Shown here one piece after another: positions 13,494 through 26,439 of a stretch of DNA of 64,000 bases. Position 1 is the stretch's first letter, and every line of letters starts with the position of its first letter. Under the pieces are notes generated by a model. It saw only the letters and a list, made by a program, of their open reading frames with translations. It ran no database searches and was not told the DNA's origin. Source of the DNA: Eledone cirrhosa (taxonomy: Eukaryota); assembly GCA_964016885.1 (NCBI GenBank), contig OZ024740.1, forward strand, positions 402,504,001 to 402,568,000. Direction: 5' to 3'. The position numbers and the translations under genes were made by a program.

Positions 13494-14022
13494 GTGATGT
13501 ATCCCGCAAGTGAATCGGGACCCGTCACCGATTTTGGTGTCCCCACTGCCGGTGTGAATGAGCAGTGCCGGACTTGTGAATTGGGTCTTGATGTTGCGGG
13601 CAGTTCATCCTCTTACAATCATGCGGTCCCACAAGCTTGTTCGCATTGCTGTGCCAATAATCTGCCAGATAGGCGTATTAAATTGGATGCGAAAGCAGCT
13701 TACCGGATGCGGAATCGGGAGAAGTTGAGACAAAAAGAGGCCGATTATAGAGCTGCGAATTCGGCTAAAATAAAACAAAAACAGGCCGATCATAGATCTT
13801 CAAAACGGCATGAGTTGGCAAACAAGCAGGCCGAGTATAGATCTGCAAATGCAGTCGTTATATCTAAAAAAACAAGCCGAGCGTAGTGTTAGGAAACGTA
13901 CCGAGTTGGCTAAAAAGCAGGCCGAGTACAGATCTGCGAAGCGAGATAAAGTATTGCAAAGAAAGGCTGTGTATAGAATTGTCAATAAAGATAATGTAGT
14001 CTTATCAGAAAGCTTACTATAA
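13494..14022 (+). pseudogene. Frameshifted coding remnant with a 15-aa charged repeat (KQAEYRSA), probably transposon-derived
   Basis: ORFs 13494-13886 and 13810-14022 join across an A-run frameshift near 13870. About six repeats at a 45-bp period; GC-richer than the flanks; ttgcag acceptor-like site just upstream. Confidence 0.55.
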
Positions 14023-14308
14023 AAACAAAAATGTTCTTCGCAAGCGGTCTTTGCATCGAATAAGGAAATTTTAAAAAATGCTTGACTTCCGGATGCAACA
14101 TCAGATCTTGGTGCACATATTTGTTAAGTCGTATAAAAAGACGATAATCGACACCAATCTTCGCAAGGAGGCACATATTCACGTGCAGAGTGTGTTCTCC
14201 AGATCCGTTGGTAGCGCAATTTTCTGTGTGCTCTTACAACGATAATGTATTATTAATATATATCATGTTTAACTAGAGTTATTACAAGCTTTGCCTTAAA
14301 AAATATTA

Positions 14309-15310
14309 AACTAGACCTGAAAAATGCGCAAGATCAAAAGAGACACAGAATGTTATAATAAACCTTCAAAAGTGTGGGACTAGAGTTGTTGCTCAAAAAT
14401 ATTGTAATCATTATCTATCGTACATTCTGTGGCATCCTTTATAAAAATATCACAATAAATACATGTATGTTTAATGTAATAACAGCTATAAATAATTACA
14501 TAATATTATTATCATATATTCATAGTAACAAAATAATTGTGTTGAAAATTAATATGATGCTTATATGAACGATCAAATCTATAATGATCATTTTATAAAT
14601 ATACTAATATGAAAATAATTTAGTTATATATTGTTACATTTTCATCGAACTATAACATTAACAATCGTATTGTGCCATCAAATTTTTATCACTGCAAACT
14701 TTTATATTGGCATTACCTTAAGCCACTTATCATTACTTCGCTTTCGTACTTTTACAGATGTAGATATTCTGCTGTATCTTATATCTAATATCATGATCTC
14801 ATGGTAATTTGCATGCAGTGTAAAATAGGTTTATTAATAACTTTAATATGAAATGTATTATACAGGGCAGCGGAGTCGGCCAAAAATTGACTGGATCCGA
14901 TACTCTATTATTTCCTAAATTTCAACTCCGCAGCCCTGTTATTATAATAATTTATTTATTTTATAATTGTAAATCATATTTTTATATGTTACGCTCTAAC
15001 AATGAACTAAGTGAAATAGTGTAAAAAGAAAGGCATGGTTGGTTTAAGCTAATGTTCAATATCTCATATTAGATGTTTAGTAATGATTAATACGAAATGC
15101 ACTTAAACCGAATTCTATATTATACATTCATTTAATAATTATCGTTTGGTCTTGAGTTCTTTATGAGTCTTTTTTATAAAAGGATGCCACAGAATGTACG
15201 ATAGATAATTATTACAATATTTTTGGGCAACAACTCTAGTCCCACACTTTTGAAGGTTTATTATAACATTCTGTGGCTCTTTTGATCTTGCGCATTATTC
15301 AGGTCTAGTT
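14309..15310. mobile_element. MITE-like element with terminal inverted repeats of about 140 bp
   Basis: aactagacctgaa...ggcatcctttataaaaa (14309-14448) matches the reverse complement of about 15171-15310. Confidence 0.85.
14863..14938. mobile_element. 76-bp hAT-type MITE
   Basis: Termini cagggcagcggagt / actccgcagccctg; 8-bp flanks gtattata / ttattata (7 of 8 match), consistent with a hAT target-site duplication (TSD). Confidence 0.75.
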
Positions 15311-15711
15311 ATCTATGTCTAATTAATGAAAAATGTCTAGATACTTCATTCGAACTCTAATTATAATTGTCCAATTAGATTATTGCTAATTTGAAAATTG
15401 CAAGCGAAACCCATTAATGGATTTGTAAAAGTATGAAAAGTATTCCAAACATTTATCATTACAGAAGCCAGACATGCAATGATATGGACATAAACACATA
15501 AGTACCCGAAAACATTCATATGTTAGCAGGAAATGATATGTATTCATACAAGCAAGTCTACTTAGCTAATGTTGTCGAAATACTCAGACACACACTTACA
15601 CATACATACACACACAAACGCACACACACACATACACACACACGCACACACACACACGTATGTATGTACATATATGTATATAAACACACACATATATATA
15701 TATATATACAT

Positions 15712-15772
<61 letters not shown>

Positions 15773-15789
15773 AACATATATATCCTCCC

Positions 15790-16900
15790 CAAGATCCACA
15801 AATCCAACCCCGCTCCCCTGCTTATTTCTACTAAATGTGAATACTTTCTCCATTATTCGCCGGCTTTCTGTCTCAAATTCACTATATTAGCGATGTCCTC
15901 TGACTTCCATTCTTTCTCCATATATCCTGGCTTTTTTTTTGCCTTCTCTTCAGCATGGACATAATTTCTCTCCATGCAATTCCACACTTCCTCGACTTTC
16001 GCACCACACTCTAGTCTAGGGCGTCTACTTTCCACCATCTTTCTGAACTCGTTCTTGTACTCAATCTTTCGTTTTTGGAGAGGTATACCGGCAGGCAACT
16101 GAGATAGCGATGGGAACAGAAGTGGCTTCCAAACATATTTAGCTAGGCTCCATTGATGCTTATATATTTGCCTAATACACTGAATCCAAACGCGATATAC
16201 GCTAATCTCTCGTGAACATCTTGAATGTTTCGTATTCTTTGTCTAAATTTCCTTCTGCCTTTTGAATTAAATTTCTCTGTCTCTGTTTTTTCAATCTAAT
16301 TTCTGGATCTATGTATCTATATATTGACCACTTTCATCCCGTTCACTGAAATACCCCCTAGTTTCAACCTAAATACTTCCACTCCTATCTTGATTTCACC
16401 TTCTCCCACATGAAACACTCATTACCTAATTCCTCCCCGTTCGTCGTCTCTACAGTGAAGACCGCGATTTTTAGACCTAGTCACAACACACAAGCCTCAC
16501 ACGTCATCCCATATGGATATCCTCAACGGTGATACAAGCCGACTCCTCCCTTGCTTGTGAAGTCTACAGTATCTAAGCCCTGTACCTACTACCATTCACT
16601 CCCTAACACTCATACAACACTGTATTCTTCCAAATTCTCCTATTTGACCCTTTCACTTCACACGTTTTCCCAACACATCCACACCCGTATTTAAACACGC
16701 TCCCAATTTCCGTGATCTCCATGTCTATTATTCTTACCCTTCCTCGCTTAGGATTTCATCTGGCTCTTTACCCTGGTCTAGTTCCCGTTACCATACCTGA
16801 CCATTCCTCGCCAACACAACCACTCTCACCGGCTCGAACCCTCATTCCTTAAAAGACCCAGAACTCAATTGCACCTTCACTAACATCTTCAATGCCCCAT
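15790..16900 (-). mobile_element. Heavily decayed LINE fragment (APE endonuclease region)
   Basis: Minus-strand translation near 16620-16710 gives LNTGV..LGKR..KGQIGEFG, resembling the GDFNA.VG...IG.FG segment; many stops. Confidence 0.45.
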
Positions 16901-18524
16901 GTGTGTTTGTTGTGTGGATCCATATAAAATAAACAATTAACTGCCGAGCAAGTTCACATAATCACCCACACACGCACACAGAGATACACACAATAGTATT
17001 TTATTCATTGGTACCAATGTTTTCTCGCTTATCTCTTCTTCGAAGATTCACATTCATTCCAATTTCCTTTTCTAAGGTTTTTCTGTTGACTATATTTTAT
17101 TTTAAACAGTGGACAACCCCATTTCCGAGAACAAGGGAGGTAATGCCGGAGTCCTTGTTTTCTCAGTCATAATTTATAAACTAATCTGTGTGAAAAATGT
17201 CTGTGATTTCAGTTCTGTGCTAATTATCTAAAACACTTAACCCAATTTAATGAAGTCGTTACTAACGTAGATGGTAGAATGTTACTCATGAGGGACCAAG
17301 GCAAGGAACGTTTGGGATATAGCTAAATATGTATGTTTGTAATACGGAGTGTAATTTATATTGCAAGTATTTGTGTATCTTCGAACATCTTCCCAGTAAT
17401 TAAAATCTGAATAAAGAAAAAAAATGTAATTATTAAGCATGGGGGAGCCTATCTACACTCCACCAGGACTGAGTACAGTTGATTTCTTCCAGAGACGAAC
17501 AGAAGGTGAGATACAGGAAGTAAGAATAGACATTGATATAGACACTGACGTAGCTTCGTCTATCAGGGTTTACTCGGTTATCCATTCCTCTTTACGTCTA
17601 TGTATAATATATTTCGTCTTTACATATTTATAAAGCTGTAAATACCTCAGATCAGAATCAAATTTTAAAATGATAAAGTGATAAGTCAGGTTAATATTCA
17701 AATTATCTCTTTAAAAACGCTGCTGTCTCTTTTGGGATATATTTAGTTTTGAGTGGATGTCATTGTAGATTCTTGTCAGAAAATGTGTATGTATTTGTGT
17801 ATGTGATTGTGTGTTTGTGTGTGTCTGTGTGTCTGCGTGTATATGTGTGTGTGTGATATTTATCAAAGACTGGGTGTTTGCAGTGATATGTTTCTGCGTG
17901 TATGTGAAGGAACGTATTTTACCAAATCACATCGTGATGAGTCAGATCTCTATGATTTTACAATTGTCGCCCAAATGTGTCACAAAGTGATTAAATGTTT
18001 ACTTGTTACCCGTTATTTAGGTTGAGGTGCTTTGGCACAAGATTATCATTTGGCTTTAGACAGGTAAGGTTAGAGAGAATTAATACACATTTTGTTCAGA
18101 AACTAAAGTGATGATCGTCTGTTGAGAAACCGGACAGAAAATCAAATGATTGCAACTGGCATCTCATTGACATCATGACGTGGTGGTTATACATATATGA
18201 CAGAGTAGTTAACAATTTTGCTTAGCAACAATGAAGCCAAGAATTCGATGTCACTGTGGGACCATCCCGGCTTTGTGAAGGAAATTGTGTTAGCGGACAC
18301 TACATGGAAGCCACAGGTCGGAACTTCACTTGATAAAATAAAACAATGATTATCGTCGAAAACAACAGAGTGTTTATTATTCAATAAGATGTTCTATCTC
18401 AGATTTCATATGGTATCGAAAGCTATCGTACATATATATTTTACCATTTAGAGTTCTGTATTAATAGTAGTGGTAGACCGTTGGATAAATTACCATTATA
18501 TATATATATATGTATATATATATT

Positions 18525-18716
18525 ATTGGATGGCCGTTGTCTCCCTTGATTGTCTCAGTCCTTTGACGGGCTTTGTTGTTTCATCACGCAGGGTTTCCCA
18601 ATTCACCCTCCTCACGAAGCAAGCTTGGTGAGGTCACCGGTTTGATCACCGACAACGCGACCATGCACATGTTGTACTGAGTTACATTTTACCAGTAGAG
18701 CTGAACGGCGACCTGA
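18525..18716 (-). mobile_element. Family X copy (more diverged)
   Basis: Shares gttgtactg.gttacat.ttaccagtag with 11596-11622. Confidence 0.7.
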
Positions 18717-18744
18717 CATGATACATACATACGTACATACATAC

Positions 18745-20846
18745 ATAGACGAAATCCGAGCAGTTGATGTTGGAACTCAAAAAATACTAAACAACACCGG
18801 AAAATTCCACATCAACAGTGACATAGACCGCCTTTACTTCAAACGTAAGCAGGGAGCCAGAGGCCTAACATCAGTCCAGACAACCTTTGAATGTCGCATC
18901 ATATCTCTCCGACAACATCTACGAACCTCGAAGCGTAGGAGCCCGTTTCTCGAGCAAGTCTATCTGCATGAAACAGATAAGATCCTGAGAGTTGGGAAGG
19001 AACTCCTCGAGAGATATTCCGTGTGATAATCAAAAACTCACACCCAGGGAAGTCGCTCAGCAGTATCGCAGTGAATCAATGGATGCAAAACTGCATGCTT
19101 CTCAGCAAAAAATCATGTATGGATATGTTGCCAGGAAGCTCCAGAGTGAGAGTAATATAGATTAGGAAACAACTGCTATATCGGCTCCCACTTTGAAGTA
19201 TAGGCTTTTGCAATCCAAGAACAGGAGATTAACACGAAATAACCGATTCACAAAAGAGATAGGGATGCAGGCAAAACACCTAGTTGTGATAACAAGTGCA
19301 GACTCTGCAGAATTAACATCGAGGATATCACCCATGTCATCAGCAGGTGTCCAAAGATGTCATCGCGGTACTATCTACCTATGAGGCATGATGTAGTGGT
19401 CAAAACACTATATAAAGCAGTTCGTAATAAAGATAGCCCCGATAATAAACACATTAAAAGCTACAGCAATGTGGAAGACATCCATGTTCATAATATGTGT
19501 TCAGAGAACGTGAGGCCGCCTGTGAGACGTAGGACCGGCTGGGACTTCGCCCAGTAGACGTCCCTCCTCCTTCTTCCCCTGTTGACGTCAAGTCCCCCCA
19601 ACCCACTTGGGATGCCATCCAGTGCAGCTTGGCCTCAGACAGGCTCACGCGCCAGCTTGACCAGCACCGCCTTGCTTGGTTTCGTGCGACCTCCAAACCC
19701 CACAGTGGTGCCTGGCTCCATGTTCTGCCCTCCTTCTCCACTGGCACGCAGCTAGACAACCATAGCCTGCGAATCGGCGTTTCCCTGAGTCTCGGCCTCC
19801 GGATCTGCCAGCCACACCAATGTCGCTGCGGTTCCATCGTGGACTCTTTCGGCCTCCACCCGCTTTCCTGTCGCCATTCCACGCGATACTGCCCTCAACG
19901 AGGTCATTAAGCATGGCCTGGACGCTGCGGGCTTCCATTCCCAGCTCGAGCCGGTGGGGATGGATCGAGGGGACGGCAAAAGGCCAGATGGCATGACCCT
20001 CTTCCCATTCCGCGGTGGCAAACCCCTCGTCTGGGATGCCACTTGCACCGACACTTTCTGCAGCCGCAACCTGGTGCAGTCTGTGACTGACCCAGGTTCT
20101 GCTTCACGTCGGGCTGAGGGGGCCAAACTCCTCAAATACCGGTCGCTCTCCGACAGGTTTGCGGTCGTTCCCCTGGCAGTGGAAACTTCTGGTGTCCTCG
20201 GCCCCAGAGCTACCTCCTTACTCACCACCATAGGCGCTGAGCTGGCCAGCCGCAGGTGTGGGCCCCGCGAGTTGGAGTGGCTTTTCCAGCGCGTCTCCCT
20301 TGCCGTCCTCCGGGGAAACATCTTCTCCATTCTGTCCGCCGAGGTTGTGCGTGAGCCCCATCGCGTACCAATACATTAGTTAAATACCATTCTTTCATCG
20401 TTACAACTTATATCCACAATAATGACGTATTATCTTTGTTGTCACAGTATATGAAAGAGTACTGGTGGAATGTTCCAGTAAAAACCCCAATAAAATGCAG
20501 GCATAACAGTCCAGATATTATGATATGGGACAGGGAGAAGAAATCATGCACAATAGTGGAAATTAGCTGCCCAGAAGATGCCAATATAATATCAAAGATT
20601 AGCGAAAAGGAGAATATTTATGCAGAACTGATGAGAAATCTGCAGATACTCAACCCTGATTACACCTTCAGATGTATGCCTGTGGTTATTGGGGCACTGG
20701 GGTATGTTAGTAACTGCCTCAATACAAATCTTGAGAAGCTAGGCTTCACAGGAACAGAAAGAACACAACTAGTTAGGAAATTACAAGTACAATCCATTAA
20801 TGGAACAGTAAAAATATGTAAAACATTCCAAAAATTGTGCATCTAA
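18745..20846 (+). mobile_element. 5'-truncated R4/Dong-like non-LTR retrotransposon (restriction-like endonuclease), interrupted at 19498-20448
   Basis: SDIDRLYFKRKQGARGL (thumb), CRLC..EDITHVISRC (CCHC), RHD, PDIMIWD..IVEISCP, KENIY and PVVIGALG; stops and frameshifts present. Confidence 0.85.
19498..20448 (+). mobile_element. CRE-like non-LTR retrotransposon 3' fragment, copy 1
   Basis: GAWLHVLP, CRCG..D..GLHPLSC, KRPDGMTLFPFRGGKPLVWDATCTDT, PLAVETSG, WLFQRVSLAVLRGN; GC-rich; flanked by ATATG repeats. Confidence 0.85.
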
Positions 20847-21913
20847 TAACTGCATATACACATGTACAGATACAAAGCATATACACATGCACACAATAAC
20901 ATCCATATCTACACATGCAGACATGCATATATAATCTACCTATTTGAAACCAACTCTCTCTCTATTGGTAAAATTTTGTGAGATTATAAAACCAGAAGGC
21001 ATACATACACACACACATATGTACATAAATACGATATTCCCACACTTTCCGTCTAACAAATTCCGTCCTCATTCTCCGTCGGAGAATTTGCTCAAAGTAT
21101 CACACATTATGGTTGAATCTAGAATTCAGTTGGCTACGACGTGATCATTCTTCCAAATTGCATTTGATTATAGTCTTATTCGCACCTTCTATTGATATAC
21201 ACATATACACAAATATATATACATATGTGTCTATATGTTTGTATGTGTATTTGAATGTGTATTTGAATGTATATATTGAATCCTCTGTCGTATATTATTG
21301 AGGCTGAAAATAATTTGGTTATAATGAATTCAATTGGAGAACTTCGAAATCTTTCGTGATACATTGTTGAGTGATTTTTGTTATTTATTTATTTATTTGT
21401 TGATTGATTTTCTTATTTAAGTTGCATTACGGCGACAGGGCTTTCTACATTGATTTCACTTTCTGTAAACAATCTACATTTTGTGAGATTTAAGAGCGAC
21501 AGGTTAAAAAGAGTCAAGGAGAAGGTGAGTGAGAGGAAGGAGAGAAAAGCACGAGTAATTTGATTGACTGATGGTAGAATCGGTGATATATAGACAGATA
21601 AACAGAGGTATATACAAACACATAGAAATCTTTCTATGTGTCTGACTATCTAGCTAGCTATTAGTCTTTCAGCCTCTCTCTCTCCCGCTCTCTCTCTCTC
21701 TCTTTCTCTCTCTCTATCTGTATATCTATCTGTATATATATATATATATATATATATGAATATATATTTATATATACATATATATATACATATATATATA
21801 TATATAATATATATATATATATATGTATAAATATATATATGTGTGTATAAATATATATGTGTGTGTATATATATATATGTGTATATATATGAATATATAT
21901 GTGTGTATACATA

Positions 21914-21955
<42 letters not shown>

Positions 21956-22099
21956 GAGAGAAACATACAAATACACACAAACACATGCACACATATGTAT
22001 AGAGAGAGATGGGGGAGGGTTGAAAGAAAGAAGGAGTGAGAGGGTGATAGATAGGGTGATAGATAGATGTATAGATAACAAGTGAAAGTATTTGGGTGA

Positions 22100-22177
<78 letters not shown>

Positions 22178-22356
22178 GGTAACAGAAGGAGTTTGATGCG
22201 TAATCAATCGTCGAAGGTCGTCAGCTGAAGGAGACATATATGGATGATACCGAAAGACAAACTGTATAATACTCATTAAGAAATATTACATCGATAATCG
22301 ATGGGGTTAGTTGTGATAGTGATAGTGACGACAACATCGATAATAATAGTAATAAT

Positions 22357-22539
22357 GGTTTCTACTTTTGGCACAAGGCCAACAATTACCCAGTGTATTA
22401 CTGGTACTTTATTTTATCGACCCCGTAAGGATGAAAAGTAAAGTTAACCTCGGCAGGATTTGAACTCAGATCATAAAGGGCCGTAACTCTATGTTGCAAA
22501 GCATGGCGTCCGACCCTCTACCGATACTGCCAATCCACC
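22357..22539 (-). mobile_element. tRNA-derived SINE
   Basis: Minus strand has an A-box-like TGGCAGTATCGG, a B-box GAGTTCAAATCC and the core ttcatcc..cggggtcgataaaataaagtacc. Confidence 0.85.
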
Positions 22540-22545
22540 AATAAT

Positions 22546-22748
22546 GGTTTCTTATATAGGCACAAGAGAGCAATTTTGTGGGAGGGGAAAGTCAATTAAA
22601 TCGACCTCAGTGCGTGACTGGTACTTTATTTTATCGACCCCGCAAGGATGAAAGGCGAAGTTAACCCCGGCGGGATTTCAGCCCAGAACGTAAAGGGCCA
22701 TAACTATATGCTACAAAGTATGGTGTCTGACCCTCTACCGATACTGCC

Positions 22749-22750
<2 letters not shown>
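22546..22750 (-). mobile_element. tRNA-derived SINE, tandem second copy
   Basis: Same core as 22357-22539. Confidence 0.85.
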
Positions 22751-22781
<31 letters not shown>

Positions 22782-22802
22782 TGTAGTATTAATAATAGTA
22801 GC

Positions 22803-22860
<58 letters not shown>

Positions 22861-22899
22861 GTGAAAGTTATTATTCGATGGGTACAGGTGACAGAAGCC

Positions 22900-23310
22900 T
22901 TGTGTAGAACAAAGTACCATTTCCACATCTACGGACTACAGGAGGCCTGTAGTAGCTGATTGAAAGAAAGGATATGTTTGATCTTTGGCAACATTTTCCC
23001 GAATTGTTTGCTGAAAGAAAGACACATTAGAGTTGGTAGAATTCGAGGCTGACCTTGGCAGTTTCCCGAGAATGCGCACTGAAGACACATAATAAGAAGA
23101 ATGAGTTAAATTGCGACCATGTATGATGTGCAAATCCATAGTAATGGATGATCTACGAACATGTCAAAACATGTTTTCTTCAGGTCTTCAGAAGGTCTTC
23201 AGAAACGGCTACAAACTGAAGGCATTTACAATTATCAGAGATAAGGGTGACGCTGCTGATAAGAAATGATTAAAACAACAAGAGCATGAAAGGTAACATC
23301 AGGTCTATAA
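22900..23310 (-). mobile_element. Possible CR1/L2-type LINE 3' remnant
   Basis: SYYVSSVRILGKLPRS..NVSFFQQTI weakly resembles the SFF..T.RLWNSLP...FK C-terminal motif. Confidence 0.35.
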
Positions 23311-25349
23311 CACAGGCCAAAACCAAGAAGTTGTGGTTTATCTTTGTTAGTATAATCGATGACGGACAAACGTGTGTGTCTCCCAATAAATTTACTCCAG
23401 TTAATACGATATTGATTTAACTTCGGTGGAGCTCTGATCGAACAACGGACCTAACCGTAGTCAGTTTCATTTCTATCCTCAAAAGCTGGATAGTTAGTGT
23501 GCAGTGTAATTAAATAGCTGCCCATTGAAAAGTTTTCGCAGATTACCCTCACTCTACTATGAATTCTCCTTCTTACTCCTCTATTCTTTGTATCTTAAGA
23601 TATTGCAACGTAGATCTAAAAATATGACCGACTAAATTGCTGTGCTTTATTCAATTCAATAGACACTTTCGTTCTAGATGAGCAAGGAACGTCACAAAGA
23701 AAATGAAATGTTTACCCACCCCCCACCCGCTTCTTTAAAAAAAAAGCTTTTAGTTAATATGAAGAACAACGATATTTTAGCAAGGACAAATTTTAATTTA
23801 TTCGACAGAAAGCAAATCATTAACAACAAAACTCTTTCCTTACGTTACTGTCCAAAGGAAATTACATTGCTCAGATGCCCGAGGAAAAAGACAACGTGCC
23901 TCAGCATATAAAGAATATATTTCGGGTGGGAGGTCTAATTACCTTCTCAATAACATTGACAATGGAGGTAGATTCTTGTTCATGTTCCTTTTCTTCATAT
24001 TTCTTCACATGATCTGCGCTTATGGAAATATGTCAGAACTTCAGATCTGAGGGCGAGGCAAAACAAAAAAAAAAGAACATAGGGAGAATACATACGTTAC
24101 ACATTTGCATGTGAGACTAATACATAGGGTATTGGGGTCACTGTAAAAAACTATTTGTAGAAACGTTGATATATGAAAACTTACAGAGAGGTACGTGACA
24201 CAAAATAGCATGTGTTCGAGAGGGATGTATGTGACAATGCGAGACAAATACTTATGCTAAGGTTTCATCCACATTTTTCTCGTACACTTAAAGATAATAA
24301 AGATAAAGAGACGGTATTATTTTTACAGAAATATATTTGCTAATGTACTGAAAAAGAACACAGACAACTAACGTTGGTGGTTTGTTAGTGATAGTGATTG
24401 TATTAGGTGATAGCTATGATAATGATGCTGCCGTTGATGTGACAGTTGTAGTTGTGGTGATGGTGGGGGTGAAGGTGGAGATGGTGCGAGGGGGGTAGTG
24501 TTGGATCATGGTGATGTTATTGTTGTTATCAGAAGTGACACAAGATAATGTCAATCCTTGTGGTGGAAGAACTATCTGATTAGTGATGAAGCTGGTTTAT
24601 TATAGTTCGGATAGTGGTGATTGTTATGGAGTAGGTCATGGATGTGATTGTTGTTGTTGGGGTGGAGTAGGTGGTGATGTAGTAGTGGTGTAGTAGTTGT
24701 GGTGGTCGTGGTGATGAACATGTTATTTGGTGACAGTCGTTTTTGCGATGATGGTGCGTGTAGTGGTAATATTAGTGGTAGTGGTGAAGGATGTTGACGG
24801 TGAGGTGATAGTGAGGGCGCTGTAGGCTTGATAATCAATAGAAGTGCAATAAATCTCTTTCAATTATATTCGTTAATAATCCCACAGCTTCCCCTCATTT
24901 AATCCTCGAGATACGTCTAGGAAATGCTGGGAATTGATCACTATGTTGACCGGTGTTGTCCGAATGATGCCCCTTATACAAATCTTGGGCCAGATTAATT
25001 TAACCCTGTACGTTACATCATCCCTATACAACCAACCAATAAACAAGCGACATTCAGATTGGTTTTATTTTGTTTCGATTTGAAATAAAAACATCTTCAA
25101 TTTCTTTTGTTCGTTTTTTTTTTATTCATTAGTTATTATTTCTACTTTTTTTCTTTCCCGCTTTCATTGCCTTATTAGTGTTTCTCTACGTTCCGCAGTC
25201 ACTAACCTCTGCCATAGAGGTTAGTGAAACATGCCTCTATATTATCTGCTCGGATTTTTTCATTTACTCTCATTTCAATATCCTCTTTCTCTTTCTCCCA
25301 ATCTCATTCTTCCTCTCAACATCTCTGCTTCTTACTAACGTACATGCAC

Positions 25350-25417
<68 letters not shown>

Positions 25418-26439
25418 ATGGTGGGGGCAGCATTCCTCACGATCGAACTATATTTCTCCATAAACATATATTTCTCCATACCTCATACTTTAATCCTTGT
25501 CAATGTCTGCCCTTCTCTTTCACTTACTGTCTCTCTCTCTCTCTATCTTGCATCTGTGTATGTGTGTATGAGTGAGGGTGTGTGTGTGAAAGTCAGTTCG
25601 TCTTGATACATTCAATTTTAATTAATTATTTGCTCTTGCATTTGCGCTCTCACTTACCTTATTTACTTTTCTCCCTCCCATCTTCTCTCTCTCCCCTCAA
25701 ATGCTGTTCCTTCTTACACATTTTTTCATTTAAATGTTTTGAATAAAAACCAAATAAAATATATTAAACGGCATAAAACAAAGATATCTCTCATCCGATA
25801 AGATTCTTATTTTTGATGGTTTCTTCGAATCATATAGACTCTCTATGTACAGATACTCATCTTTATACTCTATGTGACTAAGGTTATCCAGCTTAATGAC
25901 AAAGTGTCCATTAATATATGCCGCATTTTATGAGGAGTAAACCTGTGTTATTTACCATATTAGACCTCCACAAATAAATGTTTACGTTCGTTCTCTTCTA
26001 ACCCAAAATATAATTATTAAGAGAACCAAAAGTGTGGAGATTTGGATACAAATCATATTTAGTGGCAAATAGGTGGCTTCAAAAAATATACTGTTAAACA
26101 TTTACGATTAAATTGTCTATGAAACTTAATGTGAAAAATATCCATCTGCTGGCTGATGTTTGTAAGTCGTGAAATTTACCCTAGGAATTGAATGATATAC
26201 CCCACACATTCAGTGATCTGAACATTAGCACGTGTCTGATAGTGACACTGGGCTGGAATCGCATCTTATTATATTTCTTACTACCTTTGTAACAGCAACA
26301 ATGGGAAAAGAACTCCGTTCTGCAAATTTATAAATTATTATTTTTATGTATAACAAGATAAAGAAAGAAGGATATATAGCAAGGTAGTGTGTTCCAACTT
26401 TTTCAGAATACTGTTGCTGTTGTTTGTGTTGTTTTGAAG

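Noticed and set aside
22357-22750. A/B boxes as tRNA genes
   Set aside because: No cloverleaf; they are heads of a multi-copy SINE.
23160-23205. Minus-strand CTGAAGA..GAAA acatgt TT
   Set aside because: No stem I or stem II; arises from a short ggtcttcag duplication.
24400-24820. GGT/GAT-rich block as a coding region or a satellite copy
   Set aside because: Degenerate low-complexity sequence lacking a recurring 14-nt satellite anchor.
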